IMG/VR virus record: IMGVR_UViG_3300020577_006811
Location: 18,195-82,194 of that record
Reading direction: 5' to 3' (one strand)
Length of the DNA: 64,000 bases
Origin: a virus
Taxonomy: Duplodnaviria; Caudoviricetes
Translations under genes and position numbers: made by a program
Part shown: positions 54,689 to 63,690 of the stretch, piece by piece
How the letters are laid out: each line of letters begins with the position of its first letter
Numbering within the stretch: the stretch's first letter is position 1
The notes under the pieces: model-generated
What the model was told of the DNA's origin: nothing
What the model saw: the letters and a program-made list of their open reading frames with translations, nothing else
The model's database searches: none

Positions 54689-54847
54689 CTACCCCCGCTT
54701 GAACAGCGCCTCGGCCTCTATTCTGGCGCCACGGGGCTTGGCGTCAAGGCGCTTGCTGCGGATCATCTGCCGGACGGGACGGTAACGCACGGCTTTCGTG
54801 CGGTTGCAGAAGTAGCGCTGCGTAACCACGGGGCCTTTTCTGGTCAT
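54689..54847 (-). CDS. Small basic hypothetical protein
   Basis: ATGA overlap; 52 aa. Confidence 0.5.
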   Translation of the reverse strand: MTRKGPVVTQRYFCNRTKAVRYRPVRQMIRSKRLDAKPRGARIEAEALFKRG

Positions 54848-55131
54848 GCGCGGGCTCCCGTGCGCGCCTCGCTGCAGGCTTTGGCCCAGGCTGCACGCGT
54901 TTCGGGGGTCGCCTGAGCCCATCGTGCACGCTGGGCCACACTCATGCGACGGATAGCGCGCATAGCCTTCTCTGGCGTTAATGGTGCCTTCACGCCCGCG
55001 CGGTTGCAGGCGCCAGCCACCTGGTTGCGGTTGAGGCGCAGTTCGCTCGCGGCCTCCCCGAACGTAAACCCAGCCTGGACCAACAGGATGGCTTGCACGA
55101 GGTCGTCGCGCATAGGGCGCTTGTTAGCCAT
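54844..55131 (-). CDS. HTH protein, weakly GcrA-N-terminus-like
   Basis: GFTFGEAASELRLNRNQVAGACNR. Confidence 0.55.
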   Translation of the reverse strand: MANKRPMRDDLVQAILLVQAGFTFGEAASELRLNRNQVAGACNRAGVKAPLTPEKAMRAIRRMSVAQRARWAQATPETRAAWAKACSEARTGARA

Positions 55132-56575
55132 TGGCCGCCTCCCCCTTGAACAGCGGGTAGACGTTCTGCGGCTGTGGCGCGGTCGCTTCCGGCTCCGAAG
55201 GTGGTAGCGTCGTGTCCGGGATGATGCCGCGCTTCATCAGCACGCCCGACAGCACCGGGATAGACACCTTCTTGATGGTCCACACCGCACCGCGGCTGCC
55301 GTCGTCGCGGGTCGCGTTCGGGTCCTTCTTGACGAACCGCGGCCCAGTCTGCTCCAGCCGGTTCTTGACGATGCGCATCGCAGCGTGCGGCGTGCGGTTA
55401 TCTTGGATCACGTATACGCTGTACAGGCTGTCGATCTGGTCGGGTGTAAAATCCCCGGTGTAATTGTTGGCCACCAGCCACGCGAGGAAACGGTAACCTA
55501 ATACCTCATCTTTGTCGGCCGGGCGCTTGTCGCAAGGTTTGTCCGGCATGCCGATGGCCAACAGCAGTTCCTTGGCTTCGTCCGAAACTGGAGGCGCGAT
55601 CAGTCCGGACACGGGGCGCGCGGGCGCTGGCGTGGTCGCAGAAGCGGGCTGAGGAGGTTCCTGCTCAATCATCAGGCGCGGCGGGTCCGCAGTCAGAGCG
55701 GTGGCCGGAGCCTCGGAAGTAACCAACGCGGTTGCGGCCTTGGCCTTAGTCGCCGCCATTTTTTGCGCGGCGCGCATAGGGGTCATGCTGAGATAGAAGC
55801 CAACCGAGGCGATCATTAAGATTGCGGACGCGAAAACGGCCGAGATAGCGCCCGAGACGGTCGTGACATCAACGCCAAGTGCCTTCGCGTAAAGATTGGC
55901 CTGCGCGTCGGCGCCCTCCGCGATCACCGTCACATGGTTGGCGACGGCGGCATCGCTCTTGGCGGTCAGCGCGGCAATCTTATCCTCAAGGCCTTTGTAC
56001 TCAATAGCGTCACCAAGCTTTGCGCGCAGTTCTGTCAGCTTCGCGCAGAAAACCTTCGCGGGCGACGTCCACTGGTTGGCGCACTGGCTAGTCTGGGCGT
56101 AAAGGATGTTGCCTTCCTGACCCTTGACCTGCGCCGATAGATTGTCAACGGACTCCTTGGGCTTGGAGCGCCATTCAAGATCTTTGCGCGCCCGCTCAAG
56201 ATCCTTGCGCGTGTCTTGGAAGGACGTTGCTGCGCCCATCTTGTTCGACATCGCGCTAAGGCGAGAGCCTGCGATATGCCCAACCGCTGCGTTCGCGGAG
56301 ACGCCGATCAGAAAAAGCCAAACCAAGAGAAGGAAGGCAGCCGAGCCAATCGCCTTGGCTTTCCATGCTGACATGAACAGAAAAGGCATGATGGCAAGGA
56401 ATACTTCAAAGGCGACGCCAATAACGGCGAAAACTACACCGTCGATGTGGGACTGTCCCAATCTATAGCCGAAGGCTCCGTTGAAGAACCCACTGGCCGC
56501 CAGCATCACGGTTGAACAAAAAAAGCCGATCCCCATGATCGTTTTCTGACCGGCGTCTGATTTGATGTCGTGCAC
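55124..56575 (-). CDS. Membrane protein: 3-4 TM + coiled coil + TM + C-terminal domain
   Basis: Hydrophobic N-terminus, heptads, second TM near aa 245-265. Confidence 0.75.
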   Translation of the reverse strand: MHDIKSDAGQKTIMGIGFFCSTVMLAASGFFNGAFGYRLGQSHIDGVVFAVIGVAFEVFLAIMPFLFMSAWKAKAIGSAAFLLLVWLFLIGVSANAAVGHIAGSRLSAMSNKMGAATSFQDTRKDLERARKDLEWRSKPKESVDNLSAQVKGQEGNILYAQTSQCANQWTSPAKVFCAKLTELRAKLGDAIEYKGLEDKIAALTAKSDAAVANHVTVIAEGADAQANLYAKALGVDVTTVSGAISAVFASAILMIASVGFYLSMTPMRAAQKMAATKAKAATALVTSEAPATALTADPPRLMIEQEPPQPASATTPAPARPVSGLIAPPVSDEAKELLLAIGMPDKPCDKRPADKDEVLGYRFLAWLVANNYTGDFTPDQIDSLYSVYVIQDNRTPHAAMRIVKNRLEQTGPRFVKKDPNATRDDGSRGAVWTIKKVSIPVLSGVLMKRGIIPDTTLPPSEPEATAPQPQNVYPLFKGEAANG

Positions 56576-56618
56576 TGTGTCTTCCCTTCCTGATCAGGTA
56601 TCCGCGCGCTATCGGCGG

Positions 56619-56876
56619 TCAGTCGTCCAGCAGCGGGTCGTGATAATGATGCGGGCGCCCGTCGCTACGGAAGCTGCGGTGGGTGGCGTCGATGGCGGCG
56701 TGCACGGGGCGCGCTTTGCGGTCGGCCTCGATCTGGGCGATCATGGCCCGCAGACCGGCTTCAATGGCGGCTACTGACGGGACGTTGACGGCCGGTTTGG
56801 AGGCACTGGCGTACAAAAAGCCGGGGAACATAGCAAACATAGCGGCGTCAACGAGATCATCTGCAACGGAAGCCAT
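56619..56876 (-). CDS. Hypothetical protein
   Basis: AGGAGA SD; 85 aa. Confidence 0.6.
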   Translation of the reverse strand: MASVADDLVDAAMFAMFPGFLYASASKPAVNVPSVAAIEAGLRAMIAQIEADRKARPVHAAIDATHRSFRSDGRPHHYHDPLLDD

Positions 56877-57026
56877 GGGTTTCTCCTGTGTGCTCAGCGG
56901 TACGGCAGGGACCGCGCAGCGGGCGAGCACAACGGAGGAGAAGGCCGGTGCATCAGCGGAAACGCGCGCGGCCCCAGCGGTACGGCCGGGGACTTGGTTA
57001 CGCGGGACGCTTACGCAAAAGAACGG

Positions 57027-57299
57027 TCAGACGTTCGCAAATTCTGCCCGCGCCGGGCTGCGGCTAGGGCGCGGCTTATTCTTCTTTTCGTAATCTTCGA
57101 TGAAATTGAGCAGTTTGTCCAACGTGTCAGGGCGCGGCTGCCAGTTTGGCTTGTCCAGATTGCGCAGGAAATTCTTGCTCATCTGCACGGCTTTGGCAAG
57201 CTGGGTGCGGCTCATGTCTGTGGTGGCCAAGAATTTACGAATTCTGGCAACGCCCTGTGCAACGGTGTCTTTCATCGTGGTGTTCATATCGGGATGCAT
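57027..57299 (-). CDS. Cro-like HTH regulator
   Basis: SRTQLAKAVQMSKNFLRNL...WQPRPDTLDKL; beside the divergent intergenic region. Confidence 0.8.
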   Translation of the reverse strand: MHPDMNTTMKDTVAQGVARIRKFLATTDMSRTQLAKAVQMSKNFLRNLDKPNWQPRPDTLDKLLNFIEDYEKKNKPRPSRSPARAEFANV

Positions 57300-57537
57300 C
57301 GCACACCAGCGTGTCCGGCGTCAAGGCGGCGCGGTTTTCGAAAATTTTTCTCTTAGGCTTTTTCGCGCGTTGTGCACAAATCCACACGGTAACGCCTGCG
57401 CAGGGGTTGACCCGCGAACACTCTAGTGGGATTAATATCCGCACCGCTGGGGCTTGTGCAGACCAACCCGCAACCCTCCAGTCCGGCCCGGTCGCGCAGG
57501 TGCCCAGCGGCGTAGTGTCAAGTAAGAGGCGTGCAGC
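57300..57537. promoter_or_regulatory. Divergent early control region
   Basis: Transcription diverges here; TTGACC-N17-GATTAA and A/T tracts. Confidence 0.5.
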
Positions 57538-57858
57538 ATGGACGTTGAGAAGATAGCCGACGCGCTAACGGCGCTCATTAATTCTTCCCCTTATTCTCCA
57601 CGCAAAGACGAGATTGTGGACGTCCTCAAGGCGGCGATGGTGCCGGCCGCGGACGGTCCAAAGATCCTTGTGTCCGGGTGCGCGTTGGGCGCCAACATTG
57701 TGGTTGTAGAAGACAGTCGTATTCAGGTCAACGGCTGGCACGTCGGGGTCCGGCAGGGGCACACCGCAGACGCGGACGAAGTGGTGCTGTCTATCTTAGA
57801 CTTCTTGCGCGAGGCAATCCTGAGCAAGCGGGCGAAGCCAGCGGGTATTTTGCATTGA
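57538..57858 (+). CDS. Hypothetical protein
   Basis: INSSPYSPRKDEI; GAGG SD. Confidence 0.65.
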   Translation: MDVEKIADALTALINSSPYSPRKDEIVDVLKAAMVPAADGPKILVSGCALGANIVVVEDSRIQVNGWHVGVRQGHTADADEVVLSILDFLREAILSKRAKPAGILH

Positions 57859-57865
57859 GGGGTGA

Positions 57866-58141
57866 ATGATGGCGGGCGAGTTGGAACGCGAGATCGTGCA
57901 ACGTCTGCGGCAGGACTACACCGTGCCGGAGATCGTTGACGAACTGGAGTGTCACGAGTCAACAGTGCGGCGCGTCATGTGGCAAGAGAAGCGCAAAGCG
58001 CTTCCCATCGCGGCGCGACAAAGCAGCAAAGCCGACCGCGACGTTGCGTTTATCCGCCGCGGTATTGAGCGCCGACGGCGCGAGATCCAAATGCTGGAAC
58101 AGAACCTGCTGCATATTACGTCCGGCAACGCAACGAAGTAG
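57866..58141 (+). CDS. HTH protein
   Basis: YTVPEIVDELECHESTVRRV. Confidence 0.7.
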   Translation: MMAGELEREIVQRLRQDYTVPEIVDELECHESTVRRVMWQEKRKALPIAARQSSKADRDVAFIRRGIERRRREIQMLEQNLLHITSGNATK

Positions 58142-58249
58142 GGATCACTGGGCGCTGGCTGCGCGGGGGCAGCTCAATGAGGTGCGCCGAGTGCCAGGGC
58201 GGTGGGGTTGCGGGCCTCACCGCCCGCTTTATTTACGAAAGGACGAAGA

Positions 58250-59182
58250 ATGTCTGAGATTCATGCAGATTTCCCAGTCGCTGGGTACTACAAGATGCGA
58301 GCCTTCAAGGGTGGCCCCTATCAGCCCGTTGTAATTTGGGAACACGAAGGGAAGCTTGTTGCACGCGTCGGGGCGGAGATGCGCGAGCCGACAGACATCT
58401 GGACGTACTGTGCCAAAAATAAGGTCAGCAAGGACGACGCAAAGTTTGCGTTTGATCATGGCCGTTGGCCGAACGAAGCGCCGCCGCCTGCGTTGGGCGA
58501 CAACCAGCCGCCGTCGGACGACCCGTTCGAAGCGTTGACGCGCGAGATTGATGCCGAAGAGGCTCGGGTCAATGCCTGGGTGGCAGAACCACACGAAGGG
58601 GCTGCCAAGGCCGAGCTTGCTTCGAACTGGCTGGCGGCTTTACGCAAGCTGGAGTCGCGCACGGTTGACGCGTTTGACGCCGAAAAGGCGCCCGTCCTTG
58701 CGGAAAGCAAGCGGATAGACAGCAAGTGGCGCGATCTGAAGGCCCGTGCGCTGGCCATCAAGAAACTGATGGACGATTGCTATCAAGGGATCGGCCGCCG
58801 AGAAAAGGCGCGGCTACAGGAGATTGCCGACCGCAAGGCCAAGGCGGAGGCCGAAGAGCGAAAAAAGCAGTGGGAACTGGATCAGATCCGGCGAATGGAG
58901 TTGGCGGCCGAGCACAACATTCCCATAGTGCCCGAGCCTGAACCAGAGATCGTCCCTGTGGTGGCGCCTGTGAAAGTGGCGTTCGGGGGCGCCGCAGGCG
59001 GCCCCAAGATCGCGGTGCGCAAGATCCCGCCGCAGCCCGTCATTGAGGATTGGATGAAGTGCGCAGCATTCTACGCGAGCCACCAGAAGTTGCGAGATGT
59101 GCTGACCAAACTGGTGGCACACGACGTGCGCGATGGCCGGTTGGACTTGCCAGGTGTGAAGATCATCCCAGGAGAGAAATGA
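58250..59182 (+). CDS. Recombination-associated coiled-coil protein (Gp157/Gam-like position)
   Basis: AAAGGA SD; ends LPGVKII; directly upstream of RecT. Confidence 0.65.
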   Translation: MSEIHADFPVAGYYKMRAFKGGPYQPVVIWEHEGKLVARVGAEMREPTDIWTYCAKNKVSKDDAKFAFDHGRWPNEAPPPALGDNQPPSDDPFEALTREIDAEEARVNAWVAEPHEGAAKAELASNWLAALRKLESRTVDAFDAEKAPVLAESKRIDSKWRDLKARALAIKKLMDDCYQGIGRREKARLQEIADRKAKAEAEERKKQWELDQIRRMELAAEHNIPIVPEPEPEIVPVVAPVKVAFGGAAGGPKIAVRKIPPQPVIEDWMKCAAFYASHQKLRDVLTKLVAHDVRDGRLDLPGVKIIPGEK

Positions 59183-60096
59183 TGCTGAGCGATAAGACAG
59201 CGGTTACGGGACGCGCGGTGTCAAAGCTTCAAGCCGGGGCTCCTATTGCCGCAATTGTTCCTCAGACAATTGAGGAAGTCTTTCGGCTTGCGGAACTCGT
59301 GTATCAGTCGGGCCTAGCCCCTTATCAGTTGAAGAGTCCGCAGGCCGTGACAGTGGTTTTCCTCAAAGGCCTTGAGATCGGCCTTCCGCCAATGGCGGCT
59401 TTGGAGTCAATCGGTGTTATTAATGGCCGCGCCTGTCTGTACGGCGATGGCATTCCGGCTCTGCTATGGTCACACGGTTTTAAGATCAGAGAGACGTACA
59501 AGAACGCAGACAAGCTTGACGCTTGCATTGCACGTTGTGAAATCACGCGCCCGGATGGCGAGATGTATGAGTTTGAGTATTCCGCGCAGGACGCCAAAGA
59601 CAATGGTCTGTGGGATACGCGGGAGAAGATTGACGGCAAGCCCAATAAGTCACCTTGGTTTGTATACAAAAAACGCATGATTAGAATGCGTTGCCGCGGA
59701 TGGCTGGCGCGTGACTGTGCGGCGGATGTGTTGAAAGGCATTCCGATCTACGAGGAGCAAGCCGACATTGAACTTGGCCGCCAAGAGTATCGGGAAGTGA
59801 ACGCGCCGTTGCCCGTCCCCGACATCCCTGATGAGCCCGCGGCCGACATTAATCAGGACCAACTCCCCCTGGAAATGAACCAGGACGCGCCCGAGCCGTT
59901 GCCGAACCCCAAGGCCTACCTTGCGCATCTTGAAGAAGAAATGTCGGTGGCGACCACGGCGGATGTTTTGTCGGAGATATGGGAGTCACACACGCAAGCG
60001 TCGGATGGGCGCCTGAGCCGGGAGCATCAAGAGGCTGCTGAGGCGCTTCATGAGAAGCATGAGAAGCGGCTTTCGAAAAACAAGAAGGGCGCCTAA
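59179..60096 (+). CDS. recT: RecT-family ssDNA annealing recombinase
   Basis: GLEIGLPPMAAL..I.VINGR..LYGD; AK..GLW; W..Y.KRM..MR.R.W..RD..ADVLKG. Confidence 0.85.
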   Translation: MMLSDKTAVTGRAVSKLQAGAPIAAIVPQTIEEVFRLAELVYQSGLAPYQLKSPQAVTVVFLKGLEIGLPPMAALESIGVINGRACLYGDGIPALLWSHGFKIRETYKNADKLDACIARCEITRPDGEMYEFEYSAQDAKDNGLWDTREKIDGKPNKSPWFVYKKRMIRMRCRGWLARDCAADVLKGIPIYEEQADIELGRQEYREVNAPLPVPDIPDEPAADINQDQLPLEMNQDAPEPLPNPKAYLAHLEEEMSVATTADVLSEIWESHTQASDGRLSREHQEAAEALHEKHEKRLSKNKKGA

Positions 60097-60155
60097 TGGC
60101 GCCCTGTCTGTGCTCTTTGACATTGTAACGCTTCCCCTCCCTTCAGGGATGGGCC

Positions 60156-60449
60156 TCAACTGTTGGCTTCTGCGCGCTTCATGCGGCGCATCATTTTGTC
60201 CGTCTCTTCCTCGTCCATTTCCTCGCCCTTGCGGGCAGCGGCCATGAAGCCGGAGAAGGTGATTACGAAGTTCACGTCGGGGCGATGGGCGCCCGTCTGG
60301 ATCTCTTCGGCATAACCCTTTGCGACCAGTGCGCGGCCGACCTTCACGCCGTCGCCGTCGCCCGCAGCGTAGAAGTTGCGATAGCCTACGCGCTTGTTCG
60401 TAAGGCCGAGAGCGTGGCGGATGAAGTGACGTTCTTCTGTGGTCAGCAT
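60156..60449 (-). CDS. Cassette-array hypothetical protein (wHTH-like)
   Basis: ATG directly after junction motif; 97 aa. Confidence 0.75.
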   Translation of the reverse strand: MLTTEERHFIRHALGLTNKRVGYRNFYAAGDGDGVKVGRALVAKGYAEEIQTGAHRPDVNFVITFSGFMAAARKGEEMDEEETDKMMRRMKRAEANS

Positions 60450-60463
60450 CGGTCGGGCCTTCC

Positions 60464-60682
60464 TTATCGGTTCAGAGCTTGGTCGATTTCGTATTGAAAA
60501 GATCGACCTTCTGCGGTCGTTTCCCAGGTCGATACGGCATCCGCTCGGCGGAGCAGTTCGCGAAGCTTCTCGATCTCGTCGGCCGCCTTGTGCGCAACCC
60601 GACACTGGCACTTGGCGTGTTCCGGCGTAAACGGCTCGCGGTCGCATCCAATATCGCGTAGGCGTTCAACGATGTCGTCCAT
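60464..60682 (-). CDS. Cassette-array hypothetical protein
   Basis: Motif-flanked; 72 aa. Confidence 0.75.
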   Translation of the reverse strand: MDDIVERLRDIGCDREPFTPEHAKCQCRVAHKAADEIEKLRELLRRADAVSTWETTAEGRSFQYEIDQALNR

Positions 60683-60691
60683 GGCGGGCCT

Positions 60692-60910
60692 CTACTGTTG
60701 ATCCTGAGATAGTGCGGCGTCACCTGCTGGAGTAGCCACGTACTTGTCTCCAATGCGATGCACAAGTCCACGCGCCTCAAGCTGATCCAGATTGCGCCAC
60801 CATGCGCTGCGCGGGCGGCGCCGGTAGGCGGGCGGGAAGTCGCCTTTGCCGATGCCATCAACCTGCTCGCTGGCGAACTTCAGAACTAAGCGCTGGTGCT
60901 CGGTCAGCAT
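60692..60910 (-). CDS. Cassette-array wHTH-like protein
   Basis: LDQLEARGLV...YVATPAG; motif-flanked. Confidence 0.75.
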   Translation of the reverse strand: MLTEHQRLVLKFASEQVDGIGKGDFPPAYRRRPRSAWWRNLDQLEARGLVHRIGDKYVATPAGDAALSQDQQ

Positions 60911-60921
60911 GCGGGCTTCAC

Positions 60922-61101
60922 TTATCGGTTGCGGCCAGAGGCCATCTGTACTCGGATGCGGCTCATCAATGCGTCGCTCAAAGGCCCACCGTTCTTCGCC
61001 ACGTCGTACACGTCTCGAAGTAGCTCACGAAGCCCTTCGATAACGATATCCTGTGATGCCAGCTTGTCTTTGTCGGTAGCTATTAAATCTTTCAGTGCCA
61101 T
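60922..61101 (-). CDS. Cassette-array small helical protein
   Basis: Motif-flanked; 59 aa. Confidence 0.7.
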   Translation of the reverse strand: MALKDLIATDKDKLASQDIVIEGLRELLRDVYDVAKNGGPLSDALMSRIRVQMASGRNR

Positions 61102-61109
61102 GGCGGGCC

Positions 61110-61316
61110 TCAACTGTTGGTTACGGGTGCGAAGTGCGCCAGCACAATTTCAAGCGCCTGCCGAGACACGCCGACCTCGCAGCCGTCCATGTCCAATTGG
61201 CGCTGGCATGCGCGCAGATTTTCGACCGCCTCGTGCAAGTCGTGTTCTGCGACCTGGGCAAAGTAGTCGTCCTGTTCGCGCTGCTGTTCCAAGTAGGCTT
61301 CGTGTTCGCGGCTCAT
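61110..61316 (-). CDS. Cassette-array small acidic helical protein
   Basis: Motif-flanked; MSREHEAYLEQQ... Confidence 0.7.
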   Translation of the reverse strand: MSREHEAYLEQQREQDDYFAQVAEHDLHEAVENLRACQRQLDMDGCEVGVSRQALEIVLAHFAPVTNS

Positions 61317-61329
61317 CGGCGGGGCTTTC

Positions 61330-61548
61330 TTATCGGTTGTCGTCAACGTCGACTTGGCCCACGCAATGAGGGCAATCGACCACCTCGGGGCAGAGGCCGC
61401 AATCGCAGCGGTCCTCGCACGAAAACTGAAGCACGCGGCCATGGTCGCAGTCGCACTGGTCGCGCAGCTCCATCGCCTGCTCTTCCTCTGCCGTCATGTA
61501 GTACGGATCAGGGTTCGGGTATCCACCGGGCAGGAAGTGTGTCGGCAT
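61330..61548 (-). CDS. Cassette-array Cys-rich acidic protein
   Basis: CDC, C.D.CDCG.C...DCPHC; motif-flanked. Confidence 0.7.
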   Translation of the reverse strand: MPTHFLPGGYPNPDPYYMTAEEEQAMELRDQCDCDHGRVLQFSCEDRCDCGLCPEVVDCPHCVGQVDVDDNR

Positions 61549-61564
61549 CGGTCGGGCCTTTCCT

Positions 61565-61789
61565 TTAGCCCTTACGCAATGGCTTCTGCGGTGCCGTGTA
61601 GGCGGCCACCATCTTGTCAAAGACGGCCTTCGGGATCTCAATGCGCTGAATGCGCTCCTCGCCGACCGGCTGCTCAGACAGCCACACATGATGGCCGTCG
61701 CAGAACAGGCCAAAATCACCAAAATGCCAGTTGTCGCGCTCTAGTGCGATCACGTCTTTCTCGGACTTCGCGGCGTGCATAGACTTCAT
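61565..61789 (-). CDS. Cassette-array hypothetical protein
   Basis: Motif-flanked; 74 aa. Confidence 0.75.
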   Translation of the reverse strand: MKSMHAAKSEKDVIALERDNWHFGDFGLFCDGHHVWLSEQPVGEERIQRIEIPKAVFDKMVAAYTAPQKPLRKG

Positions 61790-61804
61790 GGCTTCGGGGC
61801 TTTC

Positions 61805-62119
61805 TTATCGTTTCTTCGAACGCAAAAGCACGTCGATCTCGCACGCTATCCGAAGGGCTTCCGGGTGGAGCGTCGGCGCAGCGTCCGAAAGCCCCGTCAT
61901 GTAGTCGAGCGACACCCCGAATGCACGGGCAAGCCGCACCGCCGTGTCGACTGTCGGGTTGCGAGCGCGCCCGCTTTCCAGCTCCCAGATGTGAGACTTG
62001 GACAGGCCGGCTCGGTCGGCAACGGCCTGCAAACTCAGATCATGTTTCTCGCGCAGATCGGCGCACCGCTTCGCGATGGACGCAGCAACGTCTTCCGCTG
62101 TGGCGCTGCCGATGGTCAC
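61805..62119 (-). CDS. XRE-family HTH protein (GTG start)
   Basis: LSLQAVADRAGLSKSHIWELESG...NPTVDT..RLA.AFGVSLDY; GTGA overlap with the Acb2-like gene. Confidence 0.85.
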   Translation of the reverse strand: MTIGSATAEDVAASIAKRCADLREKHDLSLQAVADRAGLSKSHIWELESGRARNPTVDTAVRLARAFGVSLDYMTGLSDAAPTLHPEALRIACEIDVLLRSKKR

Positions 62120-62406
62120 GGCGTGTCGTCCGGGAGCTTGATGCGCGCCGGCTGGAAGATTGCGCGGATGGCCCACATGGCGCCTTGCTGAATGTTGGTT
62201 TTCGCCAACGCCAGAGCACGGCCATCGAACTGCGCGCGCCGATCCGCTTCTGGTTTTGAGGCATCGTCCGGCCTGCGAATGCCTGCGATCTTGTCGAGCC
62301 AGCGCAAGTACCGCTCTTCCAGTTCCTTGCCCTCGTTTGCAAGGTCAACATTCGATTGCGACTGCGCAGAGTATCCGGCAACTGGCATGGGCGAGTGTGT
62401 GGTCAT
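62116..62406 (-). CDS. acb2: Acb2-like anti-CBASS cyclic-nucleotide sponge
   Basis: GY..S....DL.N..KEL...R.LA.AKT.IQ.G.M..IRAI.QP matches the Acb2/T4 Vs.4 pattern. Confidence 0.75.
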   Translation of the reverse strand: MTTHSPMPVAGYSAQSQSNVDLANEGKELEERYLRWLDKIAGIRRPDDASKPEADRRAQFDGRALALAKTNIQQGAMWAIRAIFQPARIKLPDDTP

Positions 62407-62416
62407 CGGTCGGGGC

Positions 62417-62713
62417 TCACTTTTCGTTCTTGCGGATGGCGCGAACCGTGCGCTCCGCTACGTTGTCAGAACCGCATTGACCATAGACGATCTGGCAGCA
62501 TCGCTCGCGCTCTGCCTCGACAGCTTCCGCGATCATCTCAGCCATCATGTTCACGTATGCGGGGGCATGGTCCGCAGAGCTGATGCGCAGAAGGAAATCG
62601 TTGGCGCGCTGCTTCGGCGTCCAGCCGCGGCGCTGCTCCTTTGCCATGTCCAGCAACTCCCCGTATGCGTCTGACATCTCTGTGCCGTTGGCGTCTGCGA
62701 AGTAGCGGCTCAT
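62417..62713 (-). CDS. Cassette-array hypothetical protein
   Basis: Motif-flanked; 98 aa. Confidence 0.7.
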   Translation of the reverse strand: MSRYFADANGTEMSDAYGELLDMAKEQRRGWTPKQRANDFLLRISSADHAPAYVNMMAEMIAEAVEAERERCCQIVYGQCGSDNVAERTVRAIRKNEK

Positions 62714-62744
62714 GGCTTCGGGGGCTTTCCTATCGATCACATGA

Positions 62745-63080
62745 TCACATGAAGGCGGGGGAGTTGCCGTCAAATTCTGGCTCGCAGGCGACGGGAGCAC
62801 GCGGCACAGAGCTGATGCCGGTCGAACCGTCATACTCGCGAATGAAGAAAACGCGGCTTGCGGTCCACGCGTACATTGGGAAGCAGTCTGCGCCCCCGTA
62901 TCCGTTGTCATATTCCGCATCAAGCTTCGCTAGGCCGTCTTGGCGGGACAGAATTATGTTCTCGTCAGCGAAAGCCTTGTCGCCATAGGTCCTATCGTCG
63001 TGCTTGCCGACGACGATAGCTTCAATCGGCTCTCCGAACTTCTGCTCCACCGCGATCAGCCACTCTTTGATGTTCGCCAT
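62745..63080 (-). CDS. Cassette-array hypothetical protein
   Basis: Motif at start; YDNGYGGADC...YAWT..RVFF..EYDG. Confidence 0.75.
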   Translation of the reverse strand: MANIKEWLIAVEQKFGEPIEAIVVGKHDDRTYGDKAFADENIILSRQDGLAKLDAEYDNGYGGADCFPMYAWTASRVFFIREYDGSTGISSVPRAPVACEPEFDGNSPAFM

Positions 63081-63096
63081 CGGTCGGGCCTTTCCT

Positions 63097-63465
63097 TTAG
63101 GGGTCGATCTGGTACGTCTCGGAGCCGTCTTTGTGGGACTGATGGCCCCAATGACTGGACGGTCGGTGCTGCTCTTTCGTGGCCGTCACCTTGCCGCCAG
63201 CAGCACGAAGGATCGCGTTGCGCTCGTTTATCAAACGCGTGAACATGTCCTCGTTGAGGGCGACGGCTTTGCGCACGGCTTCGTCAAATTTGATCCGCTG
63301 CTCCATACCGTCGAGCGCCGCACTGATCTGGTCCAGCCGTTTGACGTTGCAGGGGTGGCACCAGTTGCCCCACGCCGATTTCGCGCACTTCTCTCCGCAG
63401 CCGTAGCACTTCACGGTTTTGCGCCCGTGGTAGCTGGGATGCTGCGGGTCTTGATAGGCGATCAT
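63097..63465 (-). CDS. Cassette-array zinc-finger + coiled-coil protein
   Basis: CYGC...WCHPC; motif-flanked. Confidence 0.75.
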   Translation of the reverse strand: MIAYQDPQHPSYHGRKTVKCYGCGEKCAKSAWGNWCHPCNVKRLDQISAALDGMEQRIKFDEAVRKAVALNEDMFTRLINERNAILRAAGGKVTATKEQHRPSSHWGHQSHKDGSETYQIDP

Positions 63466-63486
63466 CGGTCGGGCCTTTCCTGTCGG

Positions 63487-63690
63487 TTAATGCGCGTGCC
63501 TGAGCCTGCGCTGCCAAATGTCCTCGACCGCATCCCTGCGGCGGTCGTGAGCGATCTCACGCCCATCAAGCGTAATGACGTTCCACTTGCGTGCAGAGAC
63601 GCGCTCCAAACTGGCCACCAACGACCCTTGGAAATAGTAGTGCCAGACGTTGCAGGAGCCGTCTGGCGCTGGTGATGGTTCGATTTCCAT
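63487..63690 (-). CDS. Cassette-array hypothetical protein
   Basis: Motif-flanked; 67 aa. Confidence 0.7.
   Translation of the reverse strand: MEIEPSPAPDGSCNVWHYYFQGSLVASLERVSARKWNVITLDGREIAHDRRRDAVEDIWQRRLRHAH

Noticed and set aside
54844-55131. True gcrA orthologue
   Set aside because: Only the HTH resembles GcrA; the C-terminal Cys-containing domain is absent
57027-57537. Classical CI/Cro lysogeny switch and integration module
   Set aside because: A Cro-like gene is present but no S24-domain repressor, integrase or att site was recognised in the window; lifestyle is unresolved
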